From: Owenia fusiformis
Taxonomy: Eukaryota
Assembly (NCBI GenBank): GCA_903813345.2
Contig: CAIIXF020000001.1
Span: 62,001 to 126,000 of the forward strand
Reading direction: 5' to 3'
Length of the DNA stretch: 64,000 bases
Made by a program: the position numbers and the translations under genes
Part shown: positions 14,236-26,722 of the stretch, piece after piece
Layout: each line of letters starts with the position of its first letter
Position numbering within the stretch: position 1 is the first letter of the stretch
The notes under the pieces: generated by a model
Databases searched by the model: none
What the model was told of the DNA's origin: nothing
Seen by the model: the letters and a program-made list of their open reading frames with translations, nothing else

Positions 14236-14900
14236 TTTTTTTTTTTTTTTTTCCAATTCAATTCAATTCAATTATTTATTTCATAATTCTTATATAATAT
14301 ACACTATAAAAACAAGCCGCTAGACACCCTAGTGGGTATATGTTGCGGTTTAACAGAAATCATTAAAATGACAACTAGACTACATATAAAAGAAAACACT
14401 TATATTATGTTACATGTAGGTATATAAAAATGGTATTAACAATTAATCTAAGGATGTACAATGTAAAAATGTTACAAAAATCGGGTACCAGTATAAAATC
14501 AACAGTATAGTATGATATTGGTATTATACATTATCGATAGATGAGTAGTTTTTTATATGAAGATTTGAAAATATTTAGAGTGGAGCATTTTTTAATATCA
14601 TGTGGTAGAGCATTCCAAAGATTAGGACCCAGATAGCGAAGGGAAAGTTTAGAGCATTTAGGGATATGAAAATAATGCAATTGTCTTGTGTAATGATGAT
14701 GAATATTAATGTTGATATCAAACAAGTCTTGAAATAGATTTTTTGGAAGACTGGGGTGCTTATTAAAGATTTTGTACATGAACTGACCAGTACAATATCT
14801 GTTGACATCAAAAATACTTAATATTCTAAGATCTTTAAATAGGGGAGCGGAGTGAGAAAGTCTATCCTTATTTAAAGCTAGCCTTAAGAATTGTTTCTGT
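14236..14900 (-). mobile_element. Second LINE 3' fragment with (ATTGA)n/poly(A) tail
   Basis: ORF 14531..14779 (H..TR, RYLGPNLWNALP..IK...FK); minus-strand AATAAA followed by (attga)n and an A-run at 14236-14282. Confidence 0.8.
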
Positions 14901-17900
14901 AGTTTAGCAAAGTAATTGGTCTATAATTCTCAACTTGAGATCTATCAGACTTCTTATAAATTGGAGAAATGTTTCCAAGTTTCCAGCAACTAGGAAATTG
15001 GCCACATGCAAAAATCATGTTAAACAATTTTGATAACTGGAAGGATAAAGCTTCCTGGGAAGATCTATGAAGGTCTCCAGCCTCCCTCTATTGGCATTCT
15101 CCCTATGTTGATTTTAGCTGCTGCTGCTGGTGTCTGATGATGTCTAGTTGATGTAATTATTGATACGATGTGTAGAGATTTTTTGCTAAGAACCAAATTT
15201 CAAGTTTCATCATCCCTATTTTATATCATTGATAATCTAGAAGTTTGGATCAGTAAAAGATTTAAAGAGATTTGGCTCAACACATATACTTATCTGTTAT
15301 CTCCATAAAACAATTGTGTCAGTCCCTGAGTACTGATTTGATGTAATTAGGTTAATATATCATGGTAATTAACAGTGGGTGGGATGCTACATCCTGCAAA
15401 AAATGTAAGTCAATAGAAAATAATTCGGTTCTTTTGAAAAGCATTCCTTGTTCATAGGTTTTCCCTACAGAGAGGTATTCCATCAGACAGGTTTTACTGT
15501 ATTTTCATCCTAGAATCGCTCAGAATGCACCAGAATCGCCCAGAATGCACTAAATCAGCCCAAAACTCCTAAATTTTCCAGGGGAGCATGCCCTCTGGCT
15601 ACATCACTCACAAGCTATTATTTTACAGGCCATGATAATTTGGCTCGAATTTTGTTCTGTCTAAATAAACTAACTAGTCATTTTAACAACATTAGGGAAT
15701 TACTGGGCATTTTTTAAAATTTGGGCCCTATTTTCTTCTGAACAAGCGCGAAAATTTTAGGTCCCCTCGTTTTCGTGGCCACCCCTGGTGTCTTGTTAAT
15801 AACACGAACCCTCGTGTGGTCACAATGTGAAGTTGGTTTAGCATGAAAACATTTTTGTGTGTGGATGGGGGGGGGGGGTTCGAGCCCCCCCCCCCCTAAC
15901 CAAAACCTGGCTACGGGCATGGTAATCATGTACTTATGTACTTATACAATTTGTCAGTAAAAGTTATTTATCCTATACTTAGTGTTATAGGTAAATAACA
16001 TGCGGGAATATAATCGATACCTTAAGTGAGTGGGAATCTACATGTACTGCATATATCTCCCGCTGTATCTCCAGGTGTATCTACCGCTCAGTAATCCCCT
16101 GCAGGAATTTCATTCAGTGCAATTTCTTATATTTTCGTATTTTAGTATATGATTAATCATTTTGGGTACAGGGTATAACCATTGGGAAATACAATATTCT
16201 ACGACCCCTCTGGGAGATATATTGTATTTCCCTCAGATATATTGTATTTCCCTGTATCAAAAACCTCCCATTAATTAAACCTCATATATAATGCACATCA
16301 TTTTAAATATGAATCAAAACTATGAATTAGTGATATCCATGTTTCTAATGAAAGCATCAATTAGAAAGAAAGAAACATTCTACTCATATGGTATAAATGT
16401 ATTACCAGTTGTGTCCATTTTAGATTTGATTGTAGAACTTGAATAAGAGGCAATTTTGAAATTACAATATATTAAAAGAGGCTCTGTTTCTTATATAGGA
16501 GAATTAGCTGCATTGTTCAGTTTATGACAAAATTGATGTTTAGTGTTACTTTCATTAACAACCATCCTGTAAAATAACATTTGGAATCTAATTGTTTGTA
16601 TATAGATGAATTAGATAGGGCAATGTCAAGGAAAAATATCCAAGAAGATCACTAGTTTGCCAATTTTTATGTTTGGAGATTGAAGTAATAATGATGAAAA
16701 ACAAGCAATTTTAAAATATTTATGTTTTACCCTTTTTAGCATTTGTTTTGTCTGTTTTACTCTCAAATAAATCACGGTCATCAGTTCTATTGTGACAAAA
16801 TCATCATTTACCAATTTTAAAATTAAATATTACTAGTTAGAGAACGTGATTTCTTACTTTAGGTTACATTTATATGCCGATTTATATGTATAATAAAAAT
16901 TGATGAAGAAGAATAGAGATCCTATCCTATATGAGGTTCAGGGTATTGGAATTATCCTAAGGCCAATATAATGTATATGCCCGGGGGCCGTAGGTTCGAG
17001 GGAAGATATGTTATATTGGCCAAAGGCATTAGGTCCCGAGGGAAGATATATCATATTGGCAAAGGGATAATCCCAATATCATGAACTGACTCTATGATAA
17101 TCTGTTTATCCCATATCAATCTTTCTCTTCTGTAGGCCGTATAAGGATTCTCCTGTCATTTAAGGTATTCATCCACATAATCTTGAACCATTGATTATTA
17201 ACAAATGTATTAAGTATGCTACTTCCCTCATTGCTATTCACAAGAATGGTGATTATGATGTAGTGGGCAGGTATAATATATCTGCCCACTCAGGCCGGAA
17301 CATAGCTATATCTGGCCGCTGATGAAAATATAAGTTTTTACGAACCTGCTTTGTCTAGGATTTGTCTAGGAATAATTTGAAGGATTTAAAAAACATATAC
17401 CAAAGCACTTTTGATGGAATCATTGAAAAACAGCATCTCAGAAACATGTGTAAATTGTTTATCTTGCATTATTTTGGTAAATACTACGAAATACTAAGAA
17501 ATTATACTGTACCTTCCAAAGAATAGCTTTTCTGTTAACTATGAGCCAATGAATGAATGGATGCATTTTATTATAACTGCAAAATGATGCTCTATGCAAT
17601 TAATACGATAAATTTATTTTGCTAAATTAGAATCAAGTATTATCTTTAGTTCATTGGATAAATCATGCATTGCCTCATGTTGAGGTATTGATAATAGAAT
17701 CAGCGAGTGTCTGACAAAATAGATTTATTAGTCTTATATATTAGGCAAAATATTAGGAAGGATATAAAGTGTCTCCCATCTTTCTAGTTTTGAGTATTAC
17801 ATCTTCTTGCTCTGATTCAAATTATCCTCGGCTACTATTTTTTATCCCTCTCTCCTTCCCCATTTAGGCCATGGATATGAAGATGATTTAGAGGTTATAT

Positions 17901-18249
17901 GGAGGATACTAGTGAAGGGTTGATAGCCAGAGTTATGAGTTCATTTACGTTTACTCCAAGACATAAATGTTACGCAACTCACACCACCATCACATATCAT
18001 ACCCAAAGGATTGAACTGTTCATTATTACTTTTCAATTGCAGTAAACATGGTAAAATGGTTCTAAATATTGAACCCTGTTGGACAAACATATTAATTAAT
18101 TGTAACTCATAACTCTAGATGACTTCAACTTATCCATTCATATTCTAGGAAGAAGTCAATGAATAAGTAAGACTTGACTCTTGTCTGACTAAAAAGACTA
18201 AGGGCCTATAAGTCTTAAGACTAAAAGTTCATTTGACCATTGATGACCT

Positions 18250-18690
18250 ATGATAGGGAAAGGATAACACTTATATGAAATATTTAAAGTGTTTAATAAT
18301 GATAATGGACATATTACAATATTACACAACATTAATAGATGCTAATTAAATGCCAATTATTGTTAGTGCAATTTGCATTTTTCATTTAATGCTGCAACAA
18401 GTACACAAGTACCAAAAAGTGCCACGCCCACTTTTCCCTGAAAGCAGCTATGTGTGACTATGTGTGATCAATATAATTGATTTATAGGATTATTATATGG
18501 TGGTGATTATTTGGTGGTATTAAAGTACCGCAATGGATTTTTTTTGGGGGGTATAAATTGGTCTTAGGGTCGTCTGCCAGCCCTATAGAAAGCCCAACTA
18601 CCCAGAAAGTGTCCAGTATAATCATACAGATGGTTTGAAATAGGTTGGAATGCATAACCTTCCATGAAAGGAAGGTTGCATTTCTAGAGC
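18250..18690. repeat. Dispersed repeat, contiguous copy (inverted relative to 7125-8860)
   Basis: Reverse-complement match to 7130-7260 and 8610-8850. Confidence 0.7.
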
Positions 18691-18719
18691 ACTTCTACAG
18701 AATGGGGGACAGTCTAATC

Positions 18720-18925
18720 ATCCCATCGAACGAAGTTGGGACGGATATAGGGAACGCCTCCGTCCATCTGTCCATATATACAACCTTTTGTATGTCTGTA
18801 TGTCTGTCCGTTCATCCAGGCAATAACTCAAATACAGTTGGCCCAATTTTGTTCATATTTGGTATGTGAATACTTTAAGTATGGCACACTGTCTAATGAC
18901 ACTTTGAGTAGTAGCTTATTTTGTA
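18720..18925 (+). mobile_element. HINE family A 5' fragment
   Basis: atcccatcgaacgaagtt...gatatagggaacgcctccgtcc, the same start as the copies at 26675 and 10467. Confidence 0.7.
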
Positions 18926-19217
18926 GAATAAACATGGATACTCATAGCAACAGTGTATCCGTTGCCATGCTGTTGATGTTTATAAACCAGTGACGTCACA
19001 AGTAAATCTGATCATGCATGTGTGACTTTTTAGGATGAAAGATGGCAATATCTTGCATGGGGTAAAGATGGCTGTATCTTTATTAGTCACTTATATACAT
19101 GTCAAAGGTTAAGAAATTCACCCAAAACTAAATGGTTCAAATCCCTGGCATGTTTTACTCCATTTAAATTGTATCCATTATAATATTTTTAATACTCTGT
19201 AACATATTTCTCTCCAG

Positions 19218-19353
19218 GGGGAGCTAGTGGAGTATTACTATTATTGGAAGAAGACCCCTGCAGCTCAAACAGCCAGACCCCACAGGAGACATCGCAGGAC
19301 AGGGGTGCTCCGTAAACAGGCACGCACACCTCGTCCAATATCCAATGAATACT
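19218..19353 (+). CDS. RERE: RERE exon B (end of [18 protein letters not shown]...HRRHRR)
   Basis: ctccag|GGG...T|gtaagt, 136 nt, phase 0-1. YYYWKKTP and HRRHRR are conserved in RERE. Confidence 0.95.
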
Positions 19354-19598
19354 GTAAGTTGAAATTGGTCACCATTTTACGAACATGTGAACTTAGACGT
19401 AAACTTTGTATAAATTTTGAAATTAGGATACACTCAGCTGAGAAGGTGCGAAACTGACGCTTAAGGTCTGTTTGATTTTGGGCTTAAGATACAGGTTTAA
19501 GTCATGGGAAAGAATGGATATGAAAGATGTCCAAGGAAAATAATGCTGAATAATATTATATATAAACGTGTATTAAATAATTTTCTGCATTTTTTTAG

Positions 19599-19697
19599 TG
19601 GATTCATCAGCTAGTGAGGTTTCTGATTTGGACTCAGCAGATGAAAGTGACAGTCGAGACTTGACAGGTTATTCGTGTAGACACTGTGACACTACAA
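19599..19697 (+). CDS. RERE: RERE exon C (acidic linker and first half of GATA-type zinc finger, GYSCRHCDTT)
   Basis: tttag|TG...A|gtaagt, 99 nt, phase 1-1. Contains LDSSASE..D and CRHC. Confidence 0.93.
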
Positions 19698-19996
19698 GTA
19701 AGTAGTCAGATAGAAAGTAATAAAAATATGAATGAATTTATTTTAAATAAAAGAATGAAATAGCAGGTATAGATATATTTTGCATCTCCATATCTGAAAA
19801 ATTATTAGAAATAATGAAAATCCAATCCAATCTTTTCTCTGACACTGTGCTTGTATTGACTTGAAAACTCTCATATTTTTAACTGGAAGTTATTACTTGT
19901 TGACGCATGTTTATACATTCAAATGTTTACAATGAATGCATTTTATACACATTGAAATGTTCACCTGAATTGTGAATTCATATTTTATATTTGTAG

Positions 19997-20184
19997 CTTC
20001 TAAAGACTGGCACCATGCTGGCAAAGACAAAGCGCTCCTATGCACTAAATGTAGACTATTCTACAAGAAATATGGTGAAGATCGGCCACTAGATGACTCT
20101 CCTTTCTTGTTCAAACCAGTGAAAGATGAAGATGAAACCTTAAACGGGAAGCCAATTATGCGAACTCGTAGATCAAGGGAATCG
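19997..20184 (+). CDS. RERE: RERE exon D (second half of zinc finger, SKDWHH...LLCTKC...PFLFKPVK...MRTRRSR)
   Basis: tgtag|CT...TCG|gtgagt, 188 nt, phase 1-0. Strong RERE motif match. Confidence 0.95.
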
Positions 20185-20702
20185 GTGAGTTGGACTTTTT
20201 GAAAACATTTTTTGGGAGATACTGTAAGTTGAATTATGGTCTATTATGGATTAGTTCTCCCCTTTGTAAGATTCACTTGCTGTCTGTTAGTCCATAATTA
20301 ATAGATATAATAGGGGCAATTAAATAGTTTTAAACAACTTTATTGAGAAGCTAATGAGTGACCTCATCAAATACAAATACAACTAGAGACACCTATCTGA
20401 GTCTTAAAGGCTCATGTTTGTAATATCACATGACACTTGCCAGATTGCAAAGAAAGGTAAAAGAAAATAATAATTTGTGTAATTTGGTTCCTGGAAAAAC
20501 CAAAGGAGAGGGATATAGTAATCCCTAGGGGTAATCAATTATAAGGGATGCACATGAGTTATAAGAAAAGGTTAAAACAAGTTTAATGCATATCACTTCA
20601 AACTTGGATGGTCTAGTTGTCAAGGTTCCAGTGCTCTCTCAGGCAAACTGGAACACTGAAGCACAGTTTAAAAGATATATCTATCTACTTTTCCTTTTGT
20701 AG

Positions 20703-20864
20703 GGCAAGACAAAGTTAAAGAAGGACCGCCAACAGACAAAAGACAGTGAGGAAGACATGACATGTCTGCTCAATAGCTCCGCAATATCACAGAAAATTGG
20801 TCGGAAGTCTCCTAGTTCTGCCTCCACTTGTAGCAGCAGCAGCTCAGATAACAAAACCACAAAG
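20703..20864 (+). CDS. RERE: RERE exon E (GKTKLKK...GRKSPSSASTCSSSSSDNKTTK)
   Basis: ttttgtag|GGC...AAG|gtacat, 162 nt, phase 0-0. The GRxSPSxAST.SS motif resembles RERE. The first donor is assumed; identical donors repeat downstream. Confidence 0.85.
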
Positions 20865-23610
20865 GTACATATTTGTAATATACAGGGTGGGCAGTGTAAT
20901 AACAAAACCACAAAGGTACATATTTGTAATATACAGGGTGGGCAGTGTAATAACAAAACCACAAAGGTACATATTTGTAATATACAGGGTGGGCAGTGTA
21001 ATAACAAAACCACAAAGGTACATATTTGTAATATACAGGGTGGGCAGTGTAATAACAAAACCACAAAGGTACATATTTCTAATATACAGGGTGGGCAGTG
21101 TAATAACAAAACCACAAAGGTACATATTTGTAATATACAGGGTGGGCAGTGTAATAACAAAACCACAAAGGTACATATTTCTAATATACAGGGTGGGCAG
21201 TGTAATAACAAAACCACAAAGGTACATATTTGTAATATACAGGGTGGGCAGTGTAATAACAAAACCACAAAGGTACATATTTCTAATATACAGGGTGGGC
21301 AGTGTAATAACAAAACCACAAAGGTACATATTTGTAATATACAGGGTGGGCAGTGTAATAACAAAACCACAAAGGTACATATTTGTAATATACAGGGTGG
21401 GCAGTGTAATAACAAAACCACAAAGGTACATATTTGTAATATACAGGGTGGGCAGTGTAATTACAAAACCACAAAGGTACATATTTCTTATATACAGGGT
21501 GGGCAGTGTAATAACAAAACCACAAAGGTACATATTTGTAATATACAGGGTGGGCAGTGTAATAACAAAACCACAAAGGTACATATTTCTAATATACAGG
21601 GTGGGCAGTGTAATAACAAAACCACAAAGGTACATATTTGTAATATACAGGGTGGGCAGTGTAATAACAAAACCACAAAGGTACATATTTCTAATATACA
21701 GGGTGGGCAGTGTAACAACAAAACCACAAAGGTACATATTTGTAATATACAGGGTGGGCAGTGTAATAACAAAACCACAAAGGTACATATTTCTAATATA
21801 CAGGGTGGGCAGTGTAATAACAAAACCACAAAGGTACATATTTGTAATATACAGGGTGGGCAGTGTAATAACAAAACCACAAAGGTACATATTTGTAATA
21901 TACAGGGTGGGCAGTGTAATAACAAAACCACAAAGGTACATATTTGTAATATACAGGGTGGGCAGTGTAATAACAAAACCACAAAGGTACATATTTCTAA
22001 TATACAGGGTGGGCAGTGTAATAACAAAACCACAAAGGTACATATTTGTAATATACAGGGTGGGCAGTGATATGATTGATAACAAAACCACAAAGGTACA
22101 TATTTGTAATATACAGGGTGGGCAGTGTAATAACAAAACCACAAAGGTACATATTTGTTTGTAATATTCAGGGTGGGCAGTGATATGTGTGATAACAAAA
22201 CCACAAAGGTACATATTTGTTTGTAATATACAGGGTGGGCAGTGATATGATTAATAACAAAACCACAAAGGTACATATTTGTAATATACAGGGTGGGCAG
22301 TGATATGATTAATAACAAAACCACAAAGGTACATATTTCTAATATACAGGGTGGGCAGTGTAATAACAAAACCACAAAGGTACATATTTCTAATATACAG
22401 GGTGGGCAGTGTAATAACAAAACCACAAAGGTACATACATATTTCTAATATACAGGGTGGGCAGTGTAATAACAAAACCACAAAGGTACATATTGCTAAT
22501 ATACAGGGTGGGCAGTGATATGTTTGATTACAAAACCACAAAGGTACATATTTCTAATATACAGGGTGGGCAGTGTAATAACAAAACCACAAAGGTACAT
22601 ATTTGTAATATACAGGGTGGGCAGTGATATGATTGATAACAAAACCACAAAGGTACATATTTGTAATATACAGGGTGGGCAGTGATATGATTGATAACAA
22701 AACCACAAAGGTACACATTTGTTTGTAATACTCAGGGTGGGCAGTGATATGTGTGATAACAAAACCACAAAGGTACATATTTGTTTCTAATATACAGGGT
22801 ATTCAGTGATATGTGTGATAACAAAACCACAAAGGTACACATTTTTGTAATATACATGGTGGGCAGTGATATGTGTGATAACAAAACCACAAAAGTACAC
22901 ATTTGTTTGTAATATTCAGGGTGGGCAGTGATATGTGTGATAACAAAACCACAAAGGTACACATTTGTTTGTTATATTCAGGGTGGGCAGTGATATGTGT
23001 GATAACAAAACCACAAAGGTACACATTTGTTTGTAATATTCAGGGTAGGCAGTGATATGTGTGATAACAAAACCACAAAGGTACACATTTGTTTGTTATA
23101 TACAGGGTGGGCAGTGATATGTGTGATAACAAAACCACAAAAGTACACATTTGTTTGTAATATACAGGGTGGGCAGTGATATGTGTGATAACAAAACCAC
23201 AAAGGTATACATTTGTTTGTAATACTCAGGGTGGGCAGTGATATGTGTGATAACAAAACCTCAAAGGTACATATTTGTTTGTAATATACAGTGTGGGCAG
23301 TGATATGTGTGATAACAAAACCACAAAGGTACACATTTGTTTGTAATATACAGGGTGGGCAGTGATATGATTAATAACAAAACCACAAAGGTACATATTT
23401 GTAATATACAGGGTTGGCAGTGTAATAACAAAACTACAAAGGTACATATTTGTAATATACAGGGTGTGTAGTGATATGATTAATAACAAAACCACAAAGG
23501 TAAAATGCACATTTGTTATATACTGAGTATTTCTGATGACAAAACAACAAAGGTAAAATGCACATTTGTTATACTGAGTATTTCTGATGACAAAACAACA
23601 AAAAATCACT
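20848..23610 (+). repeat. 51-bp minisatellite spanning the exon E splice donor
   Basis: Unit ataacaaaaccacaaag|gtacatatttgtaatatacagggtgggcagtgta. About 24 near-perfect copies to 22070, then ~26 degenerate units of mixed length (51-64 bp). Confidence 0.97.
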
Positions 23611-23840
23611 TATAATATGCAGGTTGGGCATTTAAAAAAGATTTTATAAACACTAACCTCAGTGTTGGAATCAAAACCTGATTCACCCTTTGTTATTTGT
23701 GTGATGTATCCAATATAGCCACTTCTATTTAAGGATATTAGTATATCTTTATTTAAGAGTAAAATTGAGTGGATAGCAATCAGTACTATATTATGTTATT
23801 TTGGATTTTTAACTTAAACAATTATTTTAAAATATTTCAG

Positions 23841-23891
23841 CAGCCAAACTCTGAATCCAGTGAATCAGTTCAACCAATCCAGATCAAAAAG
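23841..23891 (+). CDS. RERE: RERE exon F (51 nt; QPNSESSESVQPIQIKK)
   Basis: tttcag|CAG (NAGNAG acceptor) ... AAG|gtaata, phase 0-0, open frame. Confidence 0.7.
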
Positions 23892-23944
23892 GTAATAACT
23901 TATGATACATTGATGTTCTGGCATCTGAAATTAGGCAATTGCAA

Positions 23945-24060
23945 TCTGCCTCATGCCTGATCACACCCATGCCTTGAATGATAACCTCATGCCTAATCAC
24001 AACCATGCCTGTAATGATTACCTCATGCCTGATCACACCCATGCCTGTAATGGTTACCCC
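23945..24060 (+). repeat. ~37-bp tandem repeat, three copies
   Basis: cctcatgcctgatcacacccatgcc repeated three times just downstream of exon F. Confidence 0.75.
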
Positions 24061-24225
24061 CAAAAGAACTGAAACTCTTTGTTGCTGATAAAAATGTCTA
24101 ATTAAATTATACAGTTATAAATATAAAGTTTCAGCCAGAATAAGTTTTTTCTCAAATATCCATTTTCAAGAAATCAGGTGTCAAATGAAATTGTTTTTAA
24201 ATGTATTGTGATGTGATTGTTCCAG

Positions 24226-25472
24226 GAACCAACAGAGAGCCAATCAGAATCATCGTCAGAGAGTAGCAGCATATCTGGTAATGAAGAAAATGGAATAGAC
24301 GCTGATATTGAAACTAATCAGGAAGATGCATCATCTGGCTCAGAAAGTGTCCCTAGTTCAAGGGAAAATGACCAAGATTATAAACCCCCATCATACATAA
24401 AGACTGAACCAATAGAATGTCCCATATCTGGGTCACCCATAGATTTCACATGTAAACCACCCTTTGAGGATACCAAATCTGGCGAGTCTCCAACCATTAA
24501 GGTACCCGAACCAGTAATTGTTGTGCCTCATATTAAATCTGAACCTATTGAGCCTGAAGAGCAAGAAACAGAAAATCCTACAGATGTAGAGGACTCTATA
24601 CCACTTGAACAATTAAGGTTGATTGACCAGTCACACCTTCCACGACATCAACCAATAGATCAACAAGATGGTGTAGAGCATCAACATCTACTGGTGCATT
24701 CACCAAAATCAGTAGAACAAACTCAAACAATTGAACATCCAGGCTTCCTCCCCCACAGGATGGATATGCCTAGATCTGGACTTAGACAAGATACACATAG
24801 GACTGATATCCTAAGGCCTGATGTGCAACTTCCAAATTTAGTTAAATCAGACTTGAACAGAACTGAGTTATTAAGACCAGATATTCTAACTAGGCCTGAT
24901 TTATTGAGGCCTGGGTTACCTTTAAGGCCCGATTTACCCCCAAGGTCTGATTTACCCCAAAGGCCTGATTTACCCCAAAGGTCTGATTTACCCCAAAGGC
25001 CAGATTTACCCTCAAGGCCTGATTTACCCCCAAGGCCTGATTTACCCCAAAGGCCTGATTTACCCCAAAGGTCTGATATACCCCAAATGCCAGATTTACC
25101 CTCAAGGCCTGATTTACCCCTAAGGTCTGATTTACCCCAGAGGCCTGAGGTACACAGTGGGCCATTTGACTATCACCACCCATATCCCAGTGAGCATAGT
25201 CTACCTCACTCTTTAGTTCCTCCCCTAGAGCATCGAATAGAGTCAGAGACCCCCAGTTCTCGAATAGAACACCCAAAGGATAACCAATCTGATGAGCCCC
25301 CAAGCAAGAGGGCCAGGTCAAATTCACCAGCTAATATTGACCTTAGTGTCGTCAAACAAGAAGTGGATATTGATGTGCAGGTTGATAGTGATTCAGAACC
25401 AGAGCCTGATAGAGGACCAACTCCAGAGCCACAGCAATGTTATGAGGAACTTCACAAGAGCAAATCTGCAAT
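24226..25472 (+). CDS. RERE: RERE exon G (large acidic/proline-rich Atrophin region with RPDLPQ repeats)
   Basis: ttccag|GAA...GCAAT|gtgagt, 1247 nt, phase 0-2. ORF 24217..25476 ends RGPTPEP...HKSKSA, like the Atrophin SPEP...H.SQSA motif. Confidence 0.93.
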
Positions 25473-25937
25473 GTGAGTAATTGGGTCATAATATTAATGT
25501 AAATTAGGAGTTGGGTTAAAATATCAATGCGATTAAGTATTTCATTAAAATGTGGGCGTCTCACTTAATTTTGTCTATGCTTTTGGGCACTCTGGGCAAA
25601 TGTTAGGGTGACCATTTTGGATTTTCCGTTCCACGTCTTGTTTACCATTTTCCAAGCAAACCATTCATCTGATCTAATGTACAGTCTTATCTGCATCAAA
25701 CTGTTTACTGATTCTTCCGAAATTTCAAAGGATGTTTTTGAATAGGTTTCAAAAATATTTGAGTTTTTTGGCATTTTGAGTAAATGTTATTAGGTGACCC
25801 TTTTAGACTTTCCAACCTGGAACCTGTCTATTCTATTCAAGGGTGCTATATTGTTCAGCCTGTGTCTTGTTAACGGGTTAGGTTAATGGCATTGTTTATC
25901 TAGGAGTTAATCTAGGAGAGGTGGAAATGTCAATGTA

Positions 25938-26544
25938 CAGGGTGTCAAATAAGTCCCCCCCCCCTGCTACAGCTAAAACCTTAACAGACAGTACCTAGTG
26001 TGATATACCATTGGAAAGATCATCCAAAGTTATGTTAACTCAGACAACTCTCAAGTATTTTGGATGAAATTTACCTATATTTTTATGATGTCTTATATAG
26101 TTAACGTGCCCTCCTTTAAGTAGCCTTTTTGCGTCAAAATGACAAGGATATGACCTCAGAAATACGTCAAAAAGTATTATAATACTTTTCGCATTCCACT
26201 TGTTACAAAAAGGTTTTCACCACTTTCCTTGCACCTCTATTTTCTACACATCTAACCCTATCCAGAAATTGGTTAAATTCATCGCCATAAACATTTCATC
26301 TTTTGGTCCCTTGACCTTTCTTATACCCGATTCTTAAAATCCTGACAAATACGCCAAATTGCCATGTTTCTAGGCATATGGTCACTTCAATTGATTTGTA
26401 AAAAATTGTGAGATTGAGTGACATGTGTCAGATATATGCCAATCAACGTAACTTTGGAAGACCTTTCCAATGATATATCACACTTGGTACCAAATATCTT
26501 GGTTTTGGCTGTAGAGGGGGGGACGGGACTTATTTGACACCCTG
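25938..26544. mobile_element. Tc1/mariner-type MITE
   Basis: TA|cagggtgtcaaataagtccc ... gggacttatttgacaccctg|TA. A split inverted copy lies at 50445-53330. Confidence 0.85.
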
Positions 26545-26722
26545 TATATTAAGCAGTTAGGTAAGGTTAAATGTAGATAAAGGAGTATAGGTATGGTTGA
26601 TCCCATAAATGTACCTACATGTCCTAAGTCAAAGTTGTTTAAGGAAAAAACTCTTCTCCCAAAGACAACTTATTATCCCATCGAACGAAGTTCGGAGGGA
26701 TATAGGGAACGCCTCCGTCCGT

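Larger units (their letters stand above)
11478..15921. mobile_element. hAT-like non-autonomous element carrying nested insertions
   Basis: TIR caggcccgtaaccagg / cctggctacgggcatg, poly-G/poly-C subterminal hairpins, and near-matching 5-bp flanks ttaat/gtaat. It contains a ctgtaaaacctg...caggttttactg-bounded segment (~12148-15499) and two LINE fragments. Confidence 0.5.

Noticed and set aside
20681-23609. Many overlapping repeat ORFs as stand-alone genes
   Set aside because: Translations of the 51-bp array; only the frame continuous with exon E could be meaningful.
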